Origin: Eledone cirrhosa
Taxonomy: Eukaryota
NCBI GenBank assembly: GCA_964016885.1
Contig: OZ024747.1
Span: forward strand, 36,084,001 to 36,148,000
Length of the DNA stretch: 64,000 bases
Direction: 5' to 3'
Shown here: one piece after another, positions 1-10,785 of the stretch
Layout: the number at the start of each line of letters is the position of its first letter
Position numbering within the stretch: the stretch's first letter is position 1
Notes under the pieces: generated by a model
Told to the model about the DNA's origin: nothing
What the model saw: only the letters and a program-made list of their open reading frames with translations
Database searches by the model: none
Position numbers and translations under genes: made by a program

Positions 1-308
1 CAATGAAAATTTAATAAATTAAACAATCAGAGCTATATATCATAAAACATGTCTATAGAATCACAAGATAAAATACATACTATTTCCTCTCCCAATTAGC
101 ATAATTAACCATATAAAAAATCTAATAGACCAGGCTATAAGAATGAGGCTTCTATGAAGAAATCTCCGACAAATAACCGAAACTAGCGCTTCGCGTCGGC
201 CGTAGCGGAATATTTATCGAATATTTCGACAGCGTAATCGCCCAGATATAGTCAACTAAACAGAATTAGGTGTAAAATAAACTAGGAGAAAATAGAATAC
301 ATTTAAAT

Positions 309-396
309 ACCTCTACCATGGTTTCGTCCGTATTTTGAGTTTTCCAATAATTATGTAATAATTATATAAACTCGAGCGCCGGATTTATCAGGTAGC
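309..396 (-). ncRNA. Type I hammerhead motif, family A (core mutated to CUGAUAA)
   Basis: Minus strand: gctac-CTGATAA-atccg...cggac-GAAA-ccatgg-TA-gaggt. Confidence 0.5.
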
Positions 397-1049
397 TCGC
401 TCTTATCTAGACACTAAATTTTCCAAAGTGATCGCGCCAGAAATTGATTTCAAAATGGCTAAAAATCGTGACGTAGTCGCGGTCAGGTTGGAAGGGTCCT
501 GGTAGTTGCTTACGACTGGTGGCATTTTTGCTAGAAAGCACAGCACAATACAGCCAAACTTGTATCTCAACCTAATGGGAGATTATTACATATAAAAGTT
601 TACATATATATATACATATACATATACGTGTTTTGCAACTGGTCAGTTTGTGGCTCAATGAATATTTATCGAATATTGCGACAGCGTAATCGTCCAGATA
701 TAGTCAACTAAACCGAATTATTTGTAAAATAAAGACATGTTTTATGATATATAGCTCTAATTGTTTAATTTATTAATTTTTCATTCAGCCACAAAGTGAC
801 CAGTTGCAAAACACGTATATGTATATGTATGTATATATATATGTAAACTTTTATATGTAATAATCTCCCATTAGGTTGAGATACAAATTTGGCTGTATTG
901 TGCTGTGCTTTCTAGCAAAAATGCCACCAGTCGCGAGCAACTACCACACCCCTTCAAACCTGACTGCGACTACGTCACGATTTTTAGCCATTTTGAAATC
1001 AATTTCTGGCGCGATCACTTTGGAAAATTTAGTGTCTAGATAAGAGCGA

Positions 1050-1137
1050 GCTTCCTGATGAATCCGGCGCTCGAGTTTATATAATTATTACATAATTATT
1101 GGAAAACTCAAAATACGGACGAAACCATGGTAGAGGT
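1050..1137 (+). ncRNA. Type I hammerhead motif, family A
   Basis: gcttc-CTGATGA-atccg...cggac-GAAA-ccatgg-TA-gaggt; stem I gcttc/gaggt; palindromic stem III accatggt. Confidence 0.7.
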
Positions 1138-1403
1138 ATTTAAATGTATTCTATTTTCTCCTAATTTATTTTACACCTAATTCTGTTTAGTTGACTATAT
1201 CTGGACGATTACGCTGCCGAAATATTCGATAAATATTCCGCTACGGCCGACGCGAAGCGCTAGTTTCGGTTATTTGTCGGCGATTTCTTCATAGAAGCCT
1301 CATTCTTATAGCCTGGTCTATTCGATTTTTTATATGGATAATTATGCTAATTGGGAGAGGAAATAGTATATATTTTATCTTGTGATTCTATAGACATGTT
1401 TTA

Positions 1404-1448
<45 letters not shown>

Positions 1449-1559
1449 GGGAATTTGTTGATTTATAATAAATTGAAGTGAAAATCAACAGATATATATA
1501 TATTGAAAATCAATATATATATATATATATATATATATTAGTATGTATACACATCCACC

Positions 1560-2878
1560 AAGGAGAATGCCAACAAGATTTTCGAATCTTTCAACAATGC
1601 TGACAATAACAAGTTGACCAACGAACATCCTACCGACTCCGTGTCCCTCGGGCTATTTGATTTCAGACTGAACATCTCTGATAGCGGTGAAAGCCACTAT
1701 GATTTCTACTGCAAAGCAGGCAGCAGAGACCTTTTTGTTCATTCCAAATCTGTCCTCCCCAACCGCTCTAAAAGAGGTTACATCTTCAACGAAATGGCTC
1801 ACATATGCAACCGATGCAGTGACACTGCTAATAGAGCCACCCATATCAGATGATTCTACATGGATTAACTAATAGCCACCCAAATTCCTTCTCCCCCGCA
1901 CGACACAACCCCAAGCCCAGAGACCGGACCAACACAAACAACAGTTGCTTCTTCAAGATCCCACATCTCAGCGAGGAAACCACCAACGCCACACACAAAG
2001 CCATCAGAAGAGAGGGCCTCCATATCAAATTAAGTCACTCTGAACCTTCCCTGCGAAGATGCCTCTCCCCAATACGAGGGTAACGGATGCACCCTAGCCA
2101 ATTGCCCTATCCACAACACTAATTTTTGCCTACGGACCTACGTAGTATACAGGCTAGAATGTAACAAATCCAATATATTTTACATAGGCAGCACTATTCG
2201 ACGTTACATCTTCGTATTAAAGAGCATGTTAACACCAACTCCTCTTCCTTCTACAAATACATCCTCAAATATGGAAACCGGGACAACATAACCACCGCAA
2301 TAAAAGATACTGAATGCAGTGTAGGTACACTGAGAGTTGAGGAATCCCTTTTAATCAAGCAATTAAGACTTAGGATCCATAATCGAATGTAAAGAAGTGC
2401 ACCAGAATGGCTAATTTGAAAGTCTGTTTTCCAACATCCCAACGGAGAGTTTCATTCTTTCTTTCAAATTAAATCTATGTCCTCACTAGGCAAACACACC
2501 TAGACTCACACACAGACACACATATATCGCACACATATTTTTCCTTATTTATTATATACATATTCGCACACATCTCTCTCTACATAAACTTATATTCATG
2601 CACACGCATACAAACATTCAGGTAGACACATGCATATATCATACATATACATTGCATTTCAGACATTCGAAATTTTAGCATCTTTTGATTTCATGTAACT
2701 TAAATCTACTCTCCAAATAAGCAAGCCTATCTGAACAATGTTTAAGTCTCTGATAGGGTTACTCCCATAGTAAGGTAAGATTATTTTCTTATCTTGGCAA
2801 TTCAGCATTTTTCATAACGCATTGGTTTGGTTTTCAAAATTTAATATGTGTGTCCTATTCAACAATGCATCAATAAAG

Positions 2879-2880
<2 letters not shown>
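1560..2880 (+). mobile_element. Decayed Penelope-like element, 5'-truncated (RT C-terminus + GIY-YIG)
   Basis: ORF 1614-1853 resembles the PLE RT thumb (LFDFRL..FYCK..LFVHSKS.LP). ~2142-2228 reads VVYRLECNKSNIFYIGSTIR/LHLRIKEH (GIY-YIG). AATAAA precedes (CA)n(TA)n. Confidence 0.75.

Positions 2881-2975
<95 letters not shown>
2881..2975. repeat. (CA)n(TA)n microsatellite
   Basis: Direct reading. Confidence 0.95.
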
Positions 2976-2977
<2 letters not shown>

Positions 2978-3343
2978 GTGGCTAATATTAAGACAGAAAT
3001 ATAATATCAGAAATTTATCATAAGAACCTTAGGAGGATACATGATATGGGAAGTAAGCATAAGTATCAACATTTATATAAGAAAAGATAGCAGAGGAGGA
3101 AGATATATATGGAAAATATGAGCATATAAATGCAATAAAATCAGGAGCAGCTAAAAGCATTAAATTTAAAAAACATGCTGCTATAGAAAGGTTAAGTATA
3201 TATCAAAATATATTATAATCAGTAAATAAGAGCAGGTGTGCAGTTCAAATGTAAATTTAAAAATATAAAAATACATCTCCAAATGGATATGAAAAGTTCG
3301 ACTGCCTAATTCAGACACAAATAAACTGTTATTTTTTAAACAT

Positions 3344-3535
3344 GGCGGTGGATTGGCAGTATCGGTAGAGAGTCGGACAACATGCTTTGAAGCATTGAGT
3401 TACGTCCCTTTATGATCTAAGTTCAAATCCCACCGAGGTTAACTTTGCCTTTCATCCTTACGGGGTCGATAAAATAAAGTACCAGTAATGTACTGGTAAT
3501 TTGCTGGCCTTGTGCCTAAAATAGAAACAATTATT
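3344..3535 (+). mobile_element. tRNA-derived SINE (octopus-type)
   Basis: A-box-like tggcagtatcgg, B-box-like gttcaaatcc, conserved core gcctttcatccttacggggtcgataaaataaagtacc, (TTA)-rich tail; many copies in the window. Confidence 0.85.
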
Positions 3536-3554
3536 TTTTAAACCATTGAAAGGT

Positions 3555-4035
3555 AATAATTGTTTCTACTTTTGGCACAAGGCCTGCAAACACCCAGTGC
3601 ATTACTGGTACTTTATTTTATCGACCCCGTAAGGATGAAAGGCAAAGTTAACATCGGCAGGATTTGAACTCAGAATGGCAAGGGCCGTAACTCTATGCGT
3701 CAAAGCATGGCGTCCGACCCTCTACCGAATCTGCCAACCCACCGCCATTCAAATGTAATAGTGGTTTCTTATATAGGCACAAGGCCAGCAATTTTTTTTT
3801 AGGGGGAAAGTCGATTAAATCAACTCCAGTGCGTGACTGGTACTTTATTTATCGACCCCGTAAGGATGAAAGGCAAAGTTAACCTCGGCGGGATTTGAAC
3901 TCAGATCATAAAGGGCCGTAACTCTTTGCTGAAAAGCAAGGCGTCCGACCCTCTACCGATACTGCCAATCCACTGCCATTCAAAGGTAATAATTGTTTCT
4001 ACATTAGGCACAAGGCCAGCAATTACCCAGTGCAA
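3555..4035 (-). mobile_element. Tandem SINE copies (two full + one tail fragment)
   Basis: Reverse complement of the same SINE at ~3555-3748, ~3755-3980 and ~3985-4035. Confidence 0.85.
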
Positions 4036-4394
4036 TGTTGAATAAGTATACTCAGCAAAATAAAGATGAAATATAGGTCGAAGTGTTATTGTTATTAATC
4101 AAAACATTCAAAGGAATTAATGTTGAGTAAATATAATCAGCATATAGACTAATTGTTATATTCGGGAAAAGACCACATATTTGAATAGGGGGAGAAAGTA
4201 ATAGATCATTGAGCATAAATGACTCCATCTTAACAGAGTTTGAAAATTTAACCTTAAATGTCGGATAATGCAAATTAAAAAATAAATGGGAGGTAAGACA
4301 TTTTATAAGAGAGTTTCAATGTATTAAATGGAAAAACAAATATTTAGTATGTCACGATGTCTTAAAAAATGTATTTAGGGCTAATGATTGTATA

Positions 4395-7300
4395 TATATA
4401 TTTTTTATATTTCTTTATTTGCCACAAGGGCGCACAAGAAAAGGGGAGAATACAAAGACACATGCCGTTGATTTTACATACAGTCGTGTAAAAAGAATTA
4501 TAAAACCAGCAATTATGACAATCGAAATCCCCAATAGGGGGGAGACGCCATAAATGGGTTGTTTAATACCCCGTCGATAGAACAACCCTGAACTTCAGGA
4601 GCGTGTTGTGCAAGTGCTCCTCTCTTACTTTTGCTCTCTTCTTTAACCTACAGGCTTACAAACAGAGAAGGGCCAATCACTCGGGCCATTTTTGCCACAT
4701 TCACTCACCTTTCAGTAAATTTACTGGGGTGCAGTGCCTCTCTCTCCACTCTGATTCTTCTTCTAAACTGATACTTAAAGAAGGGAATCAATTGTTGTCC
4801 GGAGAGAAAGGGATCTGTCCTCAGTCCTCTCAATCTCGTCCACCATATAACGTCTTTCACCATAGCCACCGTACAGAGGAAAACCGCCTCTCTTTCGATT
4901 TTGAAAGAGACTGGATGTTTGATCCTTACTATGGACTCGGCAGTCAACTGGATTTGTCCCATACGCGAGAGCAGTTGTTCTGCATAGTTCCACAGGTCGC
5001 TTACGGGCAGTGTACAATTGCGTGCAAGACGGTTTCGATGTTCTGCTCGCATCTTGGACACGTCTCTTGGAAGGACCCCTGCCGTGACCTCTGTGCCTGT
5101 AGATCTTATCTCGAACGGGTAGAGCTCCTCGGTAACACTGCCAGGCCAGGGACCTCTGGAAGTTGTCCATAGGTCCCGGGCGGAAAGTCCTACCGAACAG
5201 ACTGGTGAGCTCGTCGTCTTCGACGCCTAGAGTCTCCCCGAGCACGTGGTGTATGGACCTGGTCGGGATTGATCAGTTTGCGCTTTCCCTAACAGGTTTT
5301 CGACGACAAGCGCCAGCCACATTGCTAGCACCTTGACCAAAATCTTTAACTCTGTGTTGCAGAGTTATGGGTATGAAATTGTTTATTTCGTCCACCTTGT
5401 TCTTGTCTTTCCTGATCAGCGTTACTACGACCTTGCCTGCAGAACTGGGAATTCTTCCGTTCTGCTGCCAATTGCAGTAGACGGCTTCGAGGACGCCAGA
5501 GAACAAGTCCGGAATGCCTATGTGAAACTCATAGGGTAGACCATCTAGACCGGGAGATTTGCGTTTCCCGCAGCGACCCAGAGCGTCTCGTATCTCAGTG
5601 GCTGTGATCGGTCTTTCGCAGAACTCGGCGTCCATGATCGAGAGACGCGGCAGGCCGTCGAGGTATGAACTAAAGTCCAATGCCCCGTTCGGTGTACCGT
5701 CGTTCTGCTCAAACAGGCGCGCAAAGTGCCGCTGAAAGGCCACACATATATGCCCGGGGTCACGTAGCACGCGTCCGTGTTGGTCTTTTAAAGACCAAAT
5801 CATGGACTTGTTGCCACTTTTCGCTTCCGCCACTCGGGCCCAGCTAACAGCTTTTGGTCCCTCGTTTCCTAGAGCACGTGATTTACTTCTGACCACGCAG
5901 CCTTCGTGTTTTGCGTCGAAGCACTGGTCCAGTGCTGTTCTCGATGCTAGCACTCACCATGCTAGCACTCGATGCTGCCACTGCTAAGCGCCTCTTCTAC
6001 TTTGGCTACTAGTTCTGTTTCTGATTTGTTTTTCTCTAAAGCTAATTATCGGCTAATCCCTATCGATTCTACTCTAATTGCTCTCTTGAGAGAGTAGCAC
6101 CATGTATTGTTGACGATGGCTCCCCTCAACTCTTGCTTAACTAATCTACTTATCCGTCCACTGTAGGCTTTTCGTGCCGGCAACGACACATTCAGCTTCC
6201 AGTGTCCGGGTCCTTGTCTATGTATTCTAACACGGTTGGCTCTGCAGACGACTCGATTGTGATCTGTATAGGCAACTATGTGCATTTGTGGACAGCTTAA
6301 CATCTTCTCATCCTCTCTTCTAATGAAAAACCTATCCAGATACGATCTAGATGTCCCGCTGCGGTTTTCCCACGTCCACTGTGGTACAGTTGGGAAATCT
6401 AGTCGATATCTATCGGCCAGTTGATTAGATGTTTGAAGCTGTTGCTCCCCGCTCTACTGGGAGATGCTCCCACAAAGTCCCATCGTGCATCTAGGATACC
6501 ATTCCAGTCCACCACTAAAAGCAAGGAGTGAGACGTTTCTAGAAAAGACTCCAGACGCTTAAATAAGTCTGGCCGCGATTGTGATTGCCCGGTCGGAGCA
6601 TAAACGGCCACCAGTCTGAAGGCTCGACCTCCAATACTGTTCTCGTCTAAGACTACCAGTCTACCCTCCGTGTCCAAGTGTACGTGCTGTACTTCGAGAT
6701 CCAGGTTTTTCCGAAACATGACAGTCACTCGCCCTCCACCTCCCGGCTGACAGAGAGATGCGTAGATCTCAAAGTCATTGAAGATGGGGGTTAGTTGCTT
6801 CCTGCTGAGGATCCTAGACTCGGTGATGGCTATTAAATCTATACCGTGTGACCTAAGGTAGTTTAGAATTTGGCCCTGTTTCCAGTGCATCCCTAGGCCA
6901 CGTACGTTGACGCTTCCAACTCGTAAGTCAGCCATGTTGGTGGAGAAGGGTTGGCAAAAAGGACGAAAAGGCGCACTTACCTTTCCGTTTCCTGGAGATC
7001 GGGTTGTTCAATTTCCATTTCAGTTCTGGTTGGGTGTTGAGTGGAGTGGGGAAACATTTCAACAGGACACGGTTTATTGGTTTTTGGCAAGGGTTGCCAA
7101 CGTCCTGTGAACACTTTTCTTTTAATGTCTGATAGGTCTCTATCGAAACTCTTATTAGTTTTAGGTGTGGTTGAGAGTTTTCTTTTACAAAAGTTTTCCC
7201 CTCAGTTTCTATTTCGGGGTCTTGGGAGATGATCTCCATTAGGTTTTTGTTGTTTGTGTTAATGTATGTGTATTGTTGTTTGTTTTTTTGTTGTGTTGTT

Positions 7301-8760
7301 TTGGTTTGTTGTTCATTTTGTAGTATTCTTTTTTATGGTGGGCATTTGTGTTTGGAGTGGTGTTGGTGTTTGTTTTCCTGGTAGGGGGTGATTGTGGTGG
7401 TGTTTGTGTTGTTATTTGTGTGGGTGATTGTTGTTTGTGTGGCTTTGTGGTGTCTCTTTTTTGTTTTTTTTTATTTACGAGGCTCTCCTTCATCTTCACT
7501 TGGGGATGGAGAAGTAGCCTCGTCTAGTGATGAATCGTCATCAGGGGCGTCTGGTAGGGGTATGTTGTGTGGTGATTGGGTGTTTGTGTGTGTGATTGTG
7601 GTAGTGTTGGATGGAATGGGATGGGGTGGGACTGTGTTTTTCAGGGGAATTGTTTGTGTTTTTTCTGTTGTTTGTGTTTGAACAGTCGTTTTGTGTGTTT
7701 GCTTGTTGTGTGTGTTGTTGTTGTTGTTGTCGTTTTGGAATTGGTGTTGGTAAAAGTACCTTTTGCGGCGTGGTGGTTTTTGTTCGTAAGAGGGGACAGA
7801 AGGCTTTTAAATGCGATGTGCTCGCGCATTTAAAACAATGTGGCCTCCTTTCATCTGCCGAAATGTGAATGTAATTGGTATCGTCTACTGGCACCCTTTC
7901 TGGTATCTTGGAAATTCTGTCCGGTTTCATTTGGACCAAAATTTACAAGCTTGTGCCGTTCCAGGTGTTTCTTGTGGATTTTTGAATCGACAGTATTGTG
8001 TCTTCATCCTCCTCCAAGAAGCATGCCAGAATCCACCAGATGTTAATGTTGGGTGGTATATTGGTGATGTTTATTCTTTGTCCCATGTATGTAGGGGAAA
8101 AGGTGTGTGGCAGAGGTGACCGGGGTCACTGAGTATTTTTTCCGCAAGGACCTCACTTCTGAAAAGCACTGAATAGCTTCCATACAGTTTAGCCCTTTGT
8201 ATGTATTGTATTTCCGACATTGCCTCTCACAAGACGATTTCAATTTCGCCTTGAGTAAAAAAAGCCGGGTTTTTTTGGTTTGTTCAAAATCGTGCGAAAA
8301 ATCACAGTCCTTCGCATAGTGTCGGCTTTGATTTGTGGCGGAGAGGTTATTTTAAATCCCCCTTTTTCCTCGAAAGTAATATATTTTTTTCCTTCATTGA
8401 TCATTTCCTTCGCATTGGAAATATCAATATTTGTAAAAGTTCCTTGGCTTATTGTGGCAAAAGATTTTTTATGGTTGCTGTTGTTGTTGTTGTCGTTGTT
8501 GTCGTTGTTGTTGTTGCTGTTGTTTTTGTTGTTCTCAGTTGTTTGATTTGTGGTTGTGGAGTTCATTTGTGAAGTTGTGTTTTTTTCTTGTTCAATATTT
8601 TTGTGCAGTATGTGTTTCCATACATTTGTTTCGGTGTGATTTTTCTCGGTCACTACTCCCTGTTGCCATAGTGACATTCATTTCAACGCTCCCATTTGCA
8701 CTTATGGCGGGAAGCGCTTCAATTTTATCATTCATACTTAAAGCAATTTATTGTAAATTT
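4395..8760 (-). mobile_element. Decayed Tx1/L1-clade LINE with internal RT deletion
   Basis: ORF1 pieces 8240-8677, 8043-8243, 7541-7939 (CCHC knuckle CFKCASTSHLKAFC). ORF2 APE 6399-6935 (GSVNVRGL..VYAP..DWN), YTDH..GPGHWKLN 6046-6303, KSPGLDGLP..NFIPITL 5273-5953, then a jump to the C-terminal region 4705-5245. 3' end ggcaaataaag next to (TA)n. Confidence 0.9.
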
Positions 8761-9170
8761 TTATGAAAATAAAATGTTCGCCCCACCCACTGACAATTTA
8801 GTCGGAGGGTCAATCTATATAGTGGTACACAACATCCTCTTAGTGTTCTTGAAAGTATGAAGATAGTAAGTATACCTCGTCTAAAACTATTCGATGTAGA
8901 ACCGATATAAGTGTTGGTGTTGGTAGAAGTTTTCACAGTGCAAGAATAAATAATATTCTTAACAAGCTAATTTCTGCTAAGAGAGCATACATTAATAGGT
9001 CACAATTACAATTATAGCTATTTATTATGCAGTTTTGAGGATAAAGATTTGAAAAGCTATTAAAGTTAGATATACGAGTGCTAGAATTGTTATTGTTATT
9101 CTTAAAGTTTATAATATATGTATATATATATAATTTCTATACTTTCCATTTATATATATATATATAATTA

Positions 9171-9345
9171 TATAGGAACGAGTAGGACCCCGACGGCTGA
9201 GCTCAAGCCGTTTCGACGGCTAATTCTGGACGAGCTCAGCCGTCGGTGTCCTACTCGTTCCTATTACCCACTCTACTATCCTAAGTATTGAGTACTTTGG
9301 TGCGTTATGGTTCACCTGGTTCCTTACTACATTTCCTTCGTTATA
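9171..9345. repeat. Short fold-back element between (TA)n tracts
   Basis: Arms ataggaacgagtaggac.ccgacggctgagctc / gagctcagccgtcgg.gtcctactcgttcctat (9171-9263), inner hairpin agccgt-ttcg-acggct, then an ~80-nt tail. Confidence 0.75.
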
Positions 9346-9407
9346 TATATATAGACACGATTTTTAACTGCGGTAAGAATTTTTTCTTATATCAAAGTTT
9401 AATGGGC

Positions 9408-9532
9408 TTCCACTGAAGATTTATAAGTGCCCACCTAAATATATTCTTACATGAATATATGTTAGGCTTCTACATAAACTGGAAACATTCTTCCAATTTG
9501 TAGAAAACTTATAATGAAACAATTGTTTGGAA
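9408..9532 (+). ncRNA. Type I hammerhead, family B
   Basis: ttcca-CTGAAGA-t-ttataag..(~80 nt)..cttataa-t-GAAA-caattg-TT-tggaa; perfect stem I; palindromic stem III aacaattgtt. Confidence 0.8.
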
Positions 9533-10395
9533 TGAGAGATATATTTTAACTTTAATTATATCTCATAATATAATACAACTGGCTTTCCACAAAATACATA
9601 TAGTTAGCACCCCAAACACTTAAATTGGGTTATACTAACATATAACCTAATGTTTGTTGAGTGAGATGGTTACCAGTCAGAGTTTAGCTTTAAGCTATCT
9701 TTGTTATTGTATTAAATATTTTACTCTTGATTGGCCAGAGGTATTTTTTCCAGGTACCTTATAAATATGACTTTCCGTATTTATTACTGTTATGTGATAT
9801 GGTGGTTTTTTGGTTGTCACTTCTCTGTTTTTAGCCTAAGAAAATATATATATGCCTGAGTAAATAATTACATGCATACATTTATTTTTTTAAATTAATT
9901 GAGTTCTTAACACGTGGAATTGATATTAGTTTTGAAATAACTAATTAACCCGCGTGTATTTAATATTTTACTCTTAATTCGGCCAGAGATTTACATTCCC
10001 AATTGCCCTTTAAAGCGTAACTTACCGTATTTACTACGGTTATGAGATGCGGTTTGTTATTCAGGTACGACTTCTGTTTTTAGCCTAAGACAATATCTAT
10101 ATGCGTGTGTAATTAATACACGCATACATTTATTTTTTTAATTTCAATTGAGTTCTTAACACGTTGGATTTATAACGTTTTTGAAAAAACTAATTAACCC
10201 GCCTGTATATTATTTTTTCTTTTCTCGTGAATCGTGGTTGTCTCCCTTTCCCACTTCGTGACGCTATAATACTTCCTCAGTTAAAAACTGCTGGAATTTC
10301 AAATTCGGCGGTCATTCGATGCGTGGGGGAGCGGCTTAGCAGACACGATTTTTAACTGCGGTAAGAATTTTTTCTCATATCAAAGTTTAATGAGC

Positions 10396-10520
10396 TTCCA
10401 CTGAAGATTTATAAGTGCTCACCTAAATATATTCTTACATGAATATATGTTGGGCTTCTAAATAAACTGGAAACATTCTCCCAATTTGTAGAAAACTTAT
10501 AATGAAACAATTGTTTGGAA
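10396..10520 (+). ncRNA. Type I hammerhead, family B (second repeat)
   Basis: Same core and stems as 9408-9532. Confidence 0.8.
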
Positions 10521-10785
10521 AGAGAGATATATTTTAACTTTAATTATATCTCATAAAATAATACAACTGGCTTTCCACAAAATACATATAGTTAGCACCC
10601 CAAACACTTAAATTGGGTTATACTAACATATAACCTAATGTTTGTTGAGTGAGATGGTTACCAGCCAGAGTTTAGCTTTAAGCTATCTTTGTTATTGTGT
10701 TAAATATATATATATATATATATATAATTTATATTAAGAGTGCATACATTATTAGACGTATAATTACAATTATATATATATATAT

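Larger units (their letters stand above)
1..1408. mobile_element. Non-coding fold-back/tandem element (family A), ~620-bp arms in inverted orientation, HHR-bearing; PLE pLTR/retrozyme-like
   Basis: 36-660 is the near-exact reverse complement of ~780-1408. The unit end (tacgtgttttgcaactggtcagtttgtggctcaatga) runs back into the sequence at position 1 (circular permutation). Ends in (TA)n at 1408. No ORF. Confidence 0.8.
9354..10705 (+). mobile_element. Non-coding element with ~365-bp direct terminal repeats, each carrying an HHR (family B); LTR-retrozyme-like / tandem pLTR
   Basis: 9354-~9718 repeats at ~10341-10705 (offset ~988). Internal ~245-bp duplication (~9705-9955 / ~9955-10205). Flanked by (TA)n on both sides. 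No ORF. Confidence 0.85.

Noticed and set aside
2745-2800. ctgatag.. in the 3' UTR of the first PLE as an HHR
   Set aside because: No downstream GAAA or stem III and no stem I partner; at best a deleted relic.
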